From NCBI RefSeq assembly GCF_000025505.1, contig NC_013849.1:1500001-1532000 (forward strand): a DNA stretch of 32,000 nt, in the 5' to 3' direction. A program made the translations under genes and the position numbers. The notes beneath the pieces were generated by a model. It worked only from the letters and a program-made list of their open reading frames with translations, made no database searches and was not told the DNA's origin. Shown here one piece after another: positions 24,944 to 32,000 of this stretch. Origin of the DNA: Ferroglobus placidus DSM 10642 (lineage in GTDB: Archaea > Halobacteriota > Archaeoglobi > Archaeoglobales > Archaeoglobaceae). The first letter of the stretch is position 1. Each line of letters starts with the position of its first letter.

Positions 24944-25311
24944 CCTACACAAATGACTTTGTCTGCTTCGAGAGCGAGATAAATGAACGTGGCAGCCCCG
25001 GCAACCTCAGCTTCATCGATTATGTCCTCTTCTTTTATTTTTCTCACTACAAGCGTTTGAGAGCAAACATAGATTTTCACTCCTGCTTCAATCGCCTCGT
25101 TCAATCTCTGCCTTATTGTAGGTACTCCCGGCTTTACCTCTTCTTTATCCAAAGCTCCCTTGACCATTATCTCCACTCCATCCTGAAAGCAGAAAACTGT
25201 CGTTTTTATCCCGAGATTGGCACTTAGGGCTGCGAGCATTAGCGTAGTTCTCGCTATATCCGGGTAATTCAAGCCCTTACTCAGAACGAAAACAAGCTTT
25301 TTCTCCGCCAT
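24940..25311 (-). CDS. DsrE/DsrF-like family protein (COG2044-like)
   Basis: About 123 aa alpha/beta protein. KLVFVLSKG, VFCFQDGV and IYVCSQTL resemble DsrE-type proteins. The ATG at 25311 fits the TATA (minus strand, 25331-25339) better than TTG 25326. Confidence 0.6.
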   Translation of the reverse strand: MAEKKLVFVLSKGLNYPDIARTTLMLAALSANLGIKTTVFCFQDGVEIMVKGALDKEEVKPGVPTIRQRLNEAIEAGVKIYVCSQTLVVRKIKEEDIIDEAEVAGAATFIYLALEADKVICVG

Positions 25312-25449
25312 GGGGTAAAATTTCAAAGGAATTTTATAGCTTTTACTTCCGCTCCAAGTCTAATCGAGACAATAACTTCAAACTTCTACCAAAAGTCGTG
25401 GAAAATCTACAGCAAAATTATAATTGCTAAAAATCAGAGATCTTTGGAT

Positions 25450-26517
25450 TTACGCATAAGAGTCGCCAGTAGCTCTAACGCTGATCTTTTTAACAGTTTC
25501 GACCATCACCCTAACGTTTCTGTTCGGGGTTAGCGGAGAAAGAGAACAGCCAGGAGCGATTATATCTATTCCCGCCTCTATCGCTCGAAGCGTCTCAGCT
25601 TCAACATCTTCAGGTTTTCCGAAGGGAAGAGTGTATATCGTGTCGATGTTACCCATTATCGCCGCCTTTCCTCTTGAAATCTCCACCGCAAACCTTGCGT
25701 CAGTCTTCGAATCTATGCTCAAGCAAGTCGCTTTCGTCTCTACCATGTCTTCGATTATGCTCGTGCAATCTCCGCAGATGTGGAGTATGGTTATTCCCTT
25801 GATCTTCCTTATCAGCTTTCTATCGAAAGGCTTTGCAAACTTCGCATAGTTTTTCGCTCCTATTACATCTGCGGAAGCGAACATGTTCTCGATGACTATC
25901 GCATCAGCTCCCCTATCTCTCATAGCTTTCGCATACTCTGCTATCGCATCAAGCCCCATTTCGGTGAATTCTTCAACAAGCTTGGGTTTTTTTATGGACA
26001 TCTTCAGAATCTTTTCTATGTTCGCTATGTGAGCAGCTAAGGAAAACGGACCTATAACGTGCCCCAATACTGGAAGAAAGTCTCCGTACTTCTCAGCTAA
26101 AATTTCGATCGCATCGAGAACTATCGGTATTCTTCCCCTCTCCAAGAAGTTTTCGGGAACCTCTATTCCCTCCGGAGCAACGCAACCTTTAAAAGAAACA
26201 ACCGGAATGCTGCTCTTCTTTTTTCCCCAGTTCACTTCCAAACCAAACGCTTCAGCTTCCACAGTTTGGCAAAACGGTACACCAACCCCCTCCAATCCGA
26301 GTTCTTCCCAAGCAGCAGAAGCTAATGTTGCAAGCTTTTCAGGGTTTGAATAGGCATCTTTGTAAAATATTCCAAGTTTCTCCATCTGCTCTATCGTGGC
26401 TGTTTGGTTAGCAGACAAAACCGGAGGACGGTCTACCTTTTTCAATTTAACTGCTTTTAAAAACCTTTCCTTTGGCGTTAACTCATTCGCAGAAAAGCTT
26501 TTTGAGATCCTCTTCAT
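25450..26517 (-). CDS. UroD/MtaA-family methyltransferase, paralogue 3 (no adjacent corrinoid protein)
   Basis: LTPKERFLKA N-terminus like paralogue 1. ILHICGDCT, MGNIDT and IAPGCSLSP. The start overlaps the Lrp gene stop by 35 nt. Confidence 0.8.
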   Translation of the reverse strand: MKRISKSFSANELTPKERFLKAVKLKKVDRPPVLSANQTATIEQMEKLGIFYKDAYSNPEKLATLASAAWEELGLEGVGVPFCQTVEAEAFGLEVNWGKKKSSIPVVSFKGCVAPEGIEVPENFLERGRIPIVLDAIEILAEKYGDFLPVLGHVIGPFSLAAHIANIEKILKMSIKKPKLVEEFTEMGLDAIAEYAKAMRDRGADAIVIENMFASADVIGAKNYAKFAKPFDRKLIRKIKGITILHICGDCTSIIEDMVETKATCLSIDSKTDARFAVEISRGKAAIMGNIDTIYTLPFGKPEDVEAETLRAIEAGIDIIAPGCSLSPLTPNRNVRVMVETVKKISVRATGDSYA

Positions 26518-26989
26518 TGTAATTCACCAGCAACCTTTTCTCTTCCTTAATTATCGAAGCTACGAAGTGCGTTCCTGTCTTTACAACTCCGTCGATGGCA
26601 TGTATCTCTCTGAGAATTCTTTTGAGATCTTCTCTGTCCTTTGCCCTCGCTATAACAATGAAATCGAAATCTCCGAGGATGTAGTAGACTGCAAAAACTC
26701 CTGAAATCGACGCAAGCTTCTGTCCGATTTCCTCCGGCGTTGTGTTGTTATAACTCACGCTTACGAACGTTACGGTGGTTATATCGAGTCCAAGGGCTTC
26801 CGGATTTAGCTCTATCAACGTACCTTTTATAAGTCCCATTTTTTTAAATTTCTTCAGTCTGTAGTGGACGGTGGAGCGGGAAATGTTCGTAATTTTCGAT
26901 ATTTCGTCGAGATTGTAGCTTCCGTTTTCCTCCAAGCACTTCAGGATCTTCAGGTCCTTTTCCTCAAGTTTTACCACCATCTCTACCAC
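26483..26989 (-). CDS. Lrp/AsnC-family transcriptional regulator
   Basis: KILKCLEENGSYNLDEISKITNISRSTVHYRLKKFKKMGLIKG (HTH), followed by a RAM/ACT-like domain (FVSV...GVFAVYYILGDFDFIVIARAKD). GTG start at 26989, alternative ATG at 26980. Confidence 0.88.
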   Translation of the reverse strand: MVEMVVKLEEKDLKILKCLEENGSYNLDEISKITNISRSTVHYRLKKFKKMGLIKGTLIELNPEALGLDITTVTFVSVSYNNTTPEEIGQKLASISGVFAVYYILGDFDFIVIARAKDREDLKRILREIHAIDGVVKTGTHFVASIIKEEKRLLVNYNEEDLKKLFCE

Positions 26990-27037
26990 CCCTTATTGTT
27001 CCCGATCGATAATAAAAGTTTCGCATTACTATATAAT

Positions 27038-27051
27038 TCAAATTAATTTGA
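27038..27051. promoter_or_regulatory. Perfect 14-bp palindrome TCAAATTAATTTGA, candidate Lrp operator
   Basis: Read directly. It lies 49-62 nt upstream of the Lrp start, just upstream of a minus-strand TTATATA box (about 27029-27035). Confidence 0.4.
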
Positions 27052-27120
27052 TTATTATTCAAGTTAGTTTGAGTTTTGTGTAAGAAGTTAATTAAGTTTT
27101 CGAAGAAGAACATAAACCCC

Positions 27121-28761
27121 TCAGCTTGGCGACTTCTCATCATTTTCAGCAGCGGGAGTAATCATCATCGGGGAAATGTAAGGTAGCAGAATTTTGAACT
27201 TCTCTTCTCCTATTAAATCTTTCAGCTCCTTCAAACTCCTGAACGGCTTAGCAGAGATTATCTTAGCTGCCGTAGTTTTTCCGATTCCCGGAATGCTTTC
27301 GAGCTGGTAAAGTTTCGCTTTATTTACGTCCAGAATTGGAATCGCCGTTACCGACCTCATTCCGTAATCGACAACTCTCGCATCGACGAAAGCGTTCCTT
27401 TCAAACTCTCCAACCAATCCGACTAAGAGGGGGTAAGTCGCAAGTTGTCTTGCGAAAGTTATTCTTCCTTTTCTTACCTCGCACCTCAAATCTCTTATCA
27501 GCCTGCCTTTCGGAACTATTTTTTGCAACATCCTGTTGTCTATGTTGTTCCTAACTCTCTCCTTGAAAATTTTGAAGTACTTTTTGTGTCTCCTCACGTT
27601 CTTGTAACCGACTTCAGCCATTGGCGTGTTTGGGAAAACCTTCACCTGCCTGATGTTTATCCTCCTGAGAAGCAAACCTCTTCGCATAACCTCTTCGAGA
27701 AACTCGTAGTTCTTCTCGAAGGTCTCCTTCGTCTCACCCTTCAAACCTATGACGAAGTTTATTCCCGGTAGAAAGTATGGTAAGCCGTTGTATCCGACGA
27801 ATCTTCCGTATCTGTTCATAAGCTCTATCGCAAACAGAACTTCGTCTGGCGTTGCCAGAAGATCGTTCCTCTCAATGACTTTTTCGTCAGCACTCTCCAA
27901 ACCGAAAGCAGCCACGTTTCCGGGAGTTTGGTAGCATACAATCGTCTTTATTATCTCTTTGCTCTCCTCAGGATAAGCTGCAATGGTTTTCGGATTAACG
28001 TTGTCCAGATGGAGGGTTTTAATCTTCGGGCATCTCCTCCAGATCTCTCTGTGGAAGTTTTTCAAAGCTTCCGGATTCGGTTTCGGAATATCCTTGGAGA
28101 AGTCGCCGAGGTAAGTGAAAAAGTCAGTTTGGTTTCCGAGTCTAAAATAGCGAACCCCTTGATTGTATAGAGTTTCTATTTCTTTTATAACCCACCTTGG
28201 CTCTCTCATCGAAATTCTGTGAATCCTCTCTATGCAAAAGCTGCACCTTCCCCAGTAACATCCCTTGTAAGTTTCTATCTCGCAGATAACGTTCGGATAA
28301 TCGCTGTGCTGCTTAACCACTTCTGCTCCGAGAACCGCAAATTTATTAACGAAGTTCCTGCTCGAATCCTTAACTTCTCCACCGAGCCTCTCATACAAAG
28401 CGTGCTCAAAAGGGAAGGGGAGAACCTCGTATCTTTCAAATATTTCTTTATCGAGATCCTCAAGAACTATAGGTCCGACGAGGATCTTCTCCTTTTCTGG
28501 AAGTAAGTGTTTTAGCTCTTTAGCCGAAAGCGGTTTTCCGCCAAGATATTTTCCCGGAACGGCAATTCCGGCTATAACGATCACGAGCTTCGCTTTATCG
28601 AACACGGAGGGGTTTTTTCGGAACTCGTCTATCGTTATGTATCTGTAGCTGTGCCCCAGATCTCTGAGCATTCCAGCTACGTATCTCGGATAGGGAGAAA
28701 TGTAAGGGGGAACTCCGAGGCAGGAAGGTTCGTCGACGTAGCCGTCGAGAATTCCTATCAT
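27121..28761 (-). CDS. Radical SAM protein with an N-terminal Rossmann/B12-binding-like domain and a C-terminal helix-hairpin-helix
   Basis: N-terminal LDGYVDEPSCLGVPPYISPYPRYVAG. Cluster motif ETYKGCYWGRCSFCIE (Cx4Cx2C). C-terminal LESIPGIGKTTAAKII (HhH). 546 aa. Confidence 0.8.
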   Translation of the reverse strand: MIGILDGYVDEPSCLGVPPYISPYPRYVAGMLRDLGHSYRYITIDEFRKNPSVFDKAKLVIVIAGIAVPGKYLGGKPLSAKELKHLLPEKEKILVGPIVLEDLDKEIFERYEVLPFPFEHALYERLGGEVKDSSRNFVNKFAVLGAEVVKQHSDYPNVICEIETYKGCYWGRCSFCIERIHRISMREPRWVIKEIETLYNQGVRYFRLGNQTDFFTYLGDFSKDIPKPNPEALKNFHREIWRRCPKIKTLHLDNVNPKTIAAYPEESKEIIKTIVCYQTPGNVAAFGLESADEKVIERNDLLATPDEVLFAIELMNRYGRFVGYNGLPYFLPGINFVIGLKGETKETFEKNYEFLEEVMRRGLLLRRINIRQVKVFPNTPMAEVGYKNVRRHKKYFKIFKERVRNNIDNRMLQKIVPKGRLIRDLRCEVRKGRITFARQLATYPLLVGLVGEFERNAFVDARVVDYGMRSVTAIPILDVNKAKLYQLESIPGIGKTTAAKIISAKPFRSLKELKDLIGEEKFKILLPYISPMMITPAAENDEKSPS

Positions 28762-29753
28762 TCTCCTCTCTGGATTTTCGCGTGACCGCCTATAATTGAG
28801 CTGCTAAGCTCCAAGTTTCTGATCTCGCACTTTTCATCTACTATGCTCCTCCAAAGCTTGACCTTCCTCAAAACAACATCCTCGAAAACGACGGATTCGC
28901 TTATGTCGGAATTTTCTATGACGCAGTTCTTTCCTATGTAAGCGAACGGACCGATTATGCTCCTCTCTTTAACCTCCACTCCCTCCTCTATGACTACCGG
29001 CTCTATTACCTTGCTCGTTTCGTCGATTTCAACGTCCTCGGCTATGTAGCTTTCCGTGTAGCATTTGAAAGCCTCTATGTAAGAATCCGGATTTCCAACG
29101 TCAAACCAGTTGTCGTTGAAGACGTGTCCCAAAACTTCTTCTCTGCTTACGAGCCACGAAACGAAATCTCCGAGGTTGTCTTTTCTTTCATCCCTCACGT
29201 ACTCTGGAAGCATCTTCACGACTTTTTCGGGAAGAGCGTATATTCCTATTCCGACCAAGGTCGTCAAAGGTTTTTCTGGCTTTTCGTAAAATTCCACTAT
29301 TCTCTCTCCGTCCATAACAGCTACACCGTATCTCTTAGCCAGCTCCTTATCTTTAACATCGTAAAGAGCTATTAGTGGCTTCCTTTCTTCCTCGAACTTT
29401 CTCACAAAGCTTTCCAAAGTGAATGAGAATATGTTGTCTCCCGCAACAACAAGTATATCATCGTTCATATCCTTCGTAATCTCCGAAAGAGCTTTGACAG
29501 CTCCGAGCTTTTCCTCCTCTCTCGTAGTATCTTCGACGACTATCTCAACCTTTTTGTCCTTAGCCCACTCTCTGAAATCTTCAGCGAATCTCAAATTCGT
29601 GGAGACGAAAATTTCGAAGTCGAAGGGAAGAAGCTTTTCGTAAATAAAGTCTATTATTTTCCTCTTACCTACGGGAAGCAACGGCTTAGCCTTCGTTTTG
29701 GTTATTGGCCAGAGCCTCGTTGCGTAACCGCCAGCCATTATCACCGCTTTCAT
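28758..29753 (-). CDS. Sugar-phosphate nucleotidyltransferase with a C-terminal left-handed beta-helix domain
   Basis: MKAVIMAGGYATRLWPITKTKAKPLLPV (GxGTRL-type loop) and VVAGDNIF. C-terminal hexapeptide-like repeats (IGKNCVIENSDISESVVFEDVVL). ATGA overlap with the downstream radical SAM gene. Confidence 0.8.
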   Translation of the reverse strand: MKAVIMAGGYATRLWPITKTKAKPLLPVGKRKIIDFIYEKLLPFDFEIFVSTNLRFAEDFREWAKDKKVEIVVEDTTREEEKLGAVKALSEITKDMNDDILVVAGDNIFSFTLESFVRKFEEERKPLIALYDVKDKELAKRYGVAVMDGERIVEFYEKPEKPLTTLVGIGIYALPEKVVKMLPEYVRDERKDNLGDFVSWLVSREEVLGHVFNDNWFDVGNPDSYIEAFKCYTESYIAEDVEIDETSKVIEPVVIEEGVEVKERSIIGPFAYIGKNCVIENSDISESVVFEDVVLRKVKLWRSIVDEKCEIRNLELSSSIIGGHAKIQRGE

Positions 29754-29830
29754 TACGAAATCTGATTTGACAATAAAGTTAAAAACTTTCGCTTCAAAAC
29801 CCTTAACTACTTTCTCACGAATTTGAAATC

Positions 29831-30298
29831 ATGTTCTCCCACATAGAAAACGGGAAAGTCAGAATGGTTGACGTAAGCGAAAAAGATGTTGTTCTTAGAA
29901 TTGCGAGAGCTGAAGGCTTTATTAAGCTTAAAAAGGAGACGATCGAAGCGATTAAAAAGGGAGAAGTTGAGAAAGGGAACGTTATAGCTACAGCAGTAAT
30001 AGCCGGCACTCTCGCGGTGAAGAAAACTTCAGAGTTAATTCCGATGTGTCATCCAATTCCGATAACCTCGGTAAAATTCGACTACGAATTTGAGGAAGAC
30101 GGAATAAAAATGACGTGCGAAGTGAAGGCTTTTGCAAAAACCGGAGTGGAGATGGAAGCACTAACTGGAGTTAGTGTCGCTCTGCTTACCGTATGGGACA
30201 TGGTGAAATCGATGGAGAAGGATGAAAGAGGCAATTACCCGGAGACAGCTATAAAAAATGTGAGGGTTGTCGAGAAAGTGAAGGTTCCTGATTTCTAA
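29831..30298 (+). CDS. moaC: Cyclic pyranopterin monophosphate synthase MoaC
   Basis: [49 protein letters not shown]. Confidence 0.93.
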   Translation: MFSHIENGKVRMVDVSEKDVVLRIARAEGFIKLKKETIEAIKKGEVEKGNVIATAVIAGTLAVKKTSELIPMCHPIPITSVKFDYEFEEDGIKMTCEVKAFAKTGVEMEALTGVSVALLTVWDMVKSMEKDERGNYPETAIKNVRVVEKVKVPDF

Positions 30299-30406
30299 AA
30301 ACCAAGGAGAATGTTGGACGCTTCTCTTTTTGAGATTTCCTCTCAGAAATTTGAAATATCGAAGTGGGGAAAACTTTTTTAACCTTTAATCCATGATACA
30401 ATTATT

Positions 30407-30781
30407 GTGATAATCAACAACCAACTGATGTTTCTCGAAAACAAGTTCGAATTTCTAAAGGGGGAGATAGAAAGGGCAAAGGAAGAGTACGAAAGGAGGA
30501 TTGAAGAGATAGATCGCGAGGTAGACGAAATTTTCAGAAATCTTGAGAAAAGCGGAAAGAAGATAACGAACAGAATTCTTCTAAACCAGATTCTCGACGA
30601 TTACATTCAGAAAAAGCTGGGGAAAGGTGAAATGGAAATTCTGAAAGAAATCGACATTTCGGCTAAAAAAAAGGAGAGAATCGTTTTTGCCAGGTACGGC
30701 AAGTTTAACGTTCTTCTGAGAATAATCTACAAGGGTGAAAACAACTTTCAGATTCTGAACTGCGAGCTTTACGTAGTTTAG
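30407..30781 (+). CDS. Hypothetical coiled-coil protein
   Basis: 124-codon ORF with a GTG start and an alternative ATG at 30428. The K/E-rich helical N-terminal half has protein-like composition. No family recognised. Confidence 0.4.
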   Translation: MIINNQLMFLENKFEFLKGEIERAKEEYERRIEEIDREVDEIFRNLEKSGKKITNRILLNQILDDYIQKKLGKGEMEILKEIDISAKKKERIVFARYGKFNVLLRIIYKGENNFQILNCELYVV

Positions 30782-30818
30782 ACAAAACCTTTTTAAGCTG
30801 AACAGCTGTCCTCTTTTC

Positions 30819-31001
30819 ATGGGTAAGACCGGAACGACTCAGTGGATCAAGATAAGAGGAAGAAAAGGTCAGACGAGGCTTGTTCCGTCGAAATATCAGT
30901 ATTACAAGAAGCCCGGGCCTAATCAGAAGTACACCTCCGACGGAAAAAGAAGGAGAAGGATAAAGAGGTCGCCGAAAAGCATAGTTGGAGCGAAAACTTA
31001 A
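30819..31001 (+). CDS. Possible small, extremely basic protein (60 aa)
   Basis: 19 Lys/Arg versus 1 Asp. The ATG lies about 22-29 nt after the TATA-like CTTTTTAAG (about 30789-30797). Followed by a T6 run (31013-31018). Coding status is unproven. Confidence 0.3.
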   Translation: MGKTGTTQWIKIRGRKGQTRLVPSKYQYYKKPGPNQKYTSDGKRRRRIKRSPKSIVGAKT

Positions 31002-31082
31002 CGTTACTTAGTTTTTTGAAATTGTTAAAATTTTGGTAAACGTTAAATTGCTTAATTGAGAATTTTGTACTGGGTGTAAAGA

Positions 31083-32000
31083 ATGGAAATCGCAAGCTTA
31101 GTTATCTCTCATAAAAAAGCTTCGATAGATGAAATTCAGAAGGCTTGGCACGGTGATTATAGAAGCTTAATTGAAAGGGTTTTAAAATATCCCGGAATTG
31201 AGGAATGCGTCATTTTAATGACTTGTAACCGCGTTGAGGTTTACGTTGTCGGAAACTACACAGAAAAAACGCTTTTAAAATTTGCGAAGGAAATGGGCGT
31301 TCCAGAAAGGATAATCGAAATCCATAAAAACGAAAAATGCATGGAGCACATTCTCAGAGTCGCTTCCGGATTGGAATCGATGATGGTTGGAGAAGATCAA
31401 ATTCTCGGACAGGTAAAAGACTTTTACAATTTGGGGAAGCAGCACGGTGGAATTGGAGAAATCTTGGACTTAATTTTCTCCAAAGCCATACAAGTTGGTA
31501 AGAGAGTTAGAAGGGAGACGAGAATAAATAAGGGAGCGATTTCTATAGGCAGTGCAGCTGTGGAGCTCGCTGAAAGGGTGTTGAAGAGCTTAAAAGGTAA
31601 AAAAGCACTTGTAGTTGGAGCGGGAAAAATGGCTGAGCTCGTCGCAAGATCTTTAGCTCATAAAAACCTTGAGAAAATTTACATAGCTAACAGAACTTTC
31701 CAGCGAGGAGAGAAGCTTGCCGAAAAGGTTGGAGGAATCGCAATTCCCCTCGACAAACTTGAAAGGTACATGGTTGAGGTAGATGTTGTTTTCACAGCCA
31801 CAGCCTCCCAAAAACCGATAATAACGAAGGAAATTGCCGAGAAGGTAATGGAAGTTAGAAAGGACGAATTAGTTATCGTAGACATAGCTCTGCCGAGGAA
31901 TGTTGAAAAAGACGTGGGAAGTGTAGAAGGAATTAGGCTTTTCACGATAGACGATTTGAGAGAAATAAGCGAAGAAAACTTAAAAAGAAGGCTTAAAGAG
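31083..32000 (+). CDS. hemA: Glutamyl-tRNA reductase, 5' part (continues beyond the window)
   Basis: Translating from ATG 31083 gives MEIASLVISHKKA...ILMTCNRVEVYV (catalytic Cys), HILRVASGLESMMVGEDQILGQVK and VVGAGKMAEL (NADPH site). The frame stays open to nt 32000. Confidence 0.9.
   Translation, partial: MEIASLVISHKKASIDEIQKAWHGDYRSLIERVLKYPGIEECVILMTCNRVEVYVVGNYTEKTLLKFAKEMGVPERIIEIHKNEKCMEHILRVASGLESMMVGEDQILGQVKDFYNLGKQHGGIGEILDLIFSKAIQVGKRVRRETRINKGAISIGSAAVELAERVLKSLKGKKALVVGAGKMAELVARSLAHKNLEKIYIANRTFQRGEKLAEKVGGIAIPLDKLERYMVEVDVVFTATASQKPIITKEIAEKVMEVRKDELVIVDIALPRNVEKDVGSVEGIRLFTIDDLREISEENLKRRLKE

Noticed and set aside
13707-26517. In-frame TAG (pyrrolysine) or other recoding in the methyltransferase genes
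   Set aside because: All three methyltransferases are URO-D-fold (MtaA-like) enzymes, not MtmB/MtbB/MttB. Their ORFs are uninterrupted and of full family length.
1-32000. CRISPR arrays, tRNA/rRNA genes, IS elements, integrases and terminal inverted repeats
   Set aside because: No regularly spaced direct repeats were seen. No intergenic region is longer than about 175 bp, and none is GC-rich or structured like a tRNA. No transposase or integrase motif appears in any ORF.

Overview
A 32-kb, gene-dense chromosomal segment with about 40 genes on both strands, many overlapping by 1-35 nt. It reads as a thermophilic euryarchaeon, probably Archaeoglobi-like. That placement is inference from H4MPT-type C1 enzymes (Fae, GlyA, MtrH-like), archaeal PheS and archaeal-type CobT, AT-rich BRE/TATA boxes about 25-30 nt upstream of many start codons, and Glu/Lys/Ile-rich proteins.

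Left third: housekeeping and C1 genes. These are a MetE-like fragment, MarC, an MtxX-like protein, Nudix, glyA, fae, cobT, a VIT1-like protein, a flavodoxin-like protein, a radical SAM protein, sfsA, pheS and pfpI.

Centre: a full-length bacterial-type mutS whose 3' end is overlapped by a small ORF carrying a PD-(D/E)xK nuclease signature, with no mutL in the window. This is my top candidate for an undescribed system.

Next comes a seven-gene, tightly coupled operon. It encodes an Mto-type (methoxydotrophy-like) corrinoid methyltransferase system: a UroD-family methyltransferase, a B12-binding corrinoid protein, a 2Fe-2S/ASKHA reductive activase and an MtrH-like methyl-H4MPT transferase. It runs directly into an SsuABC/NitT-type ABC importer whose binding protein appears circularly permuted.

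Downstream is an accessory island. It holds a PduO-like protein with a degenerate ATP motif, a membrane-tethered wHTH regulator, and two further orphan UroD-family methyltransferases. These are interleaved with TusA-, CMD/AhpD-, OsmC- and DsrE-like small cysteine proteins and an Lrp regulator.

Right end: a radical-SAM/HhH protein coupled to a sugar nucleotidyltransferase, moaC, two small hypotheticals and the 5' part of hemA.

No rRNA, tRNA, CRISPR array, transposase or integrase was recognised. All homology statements come from motif recognition by eye and memory. No database search was run.
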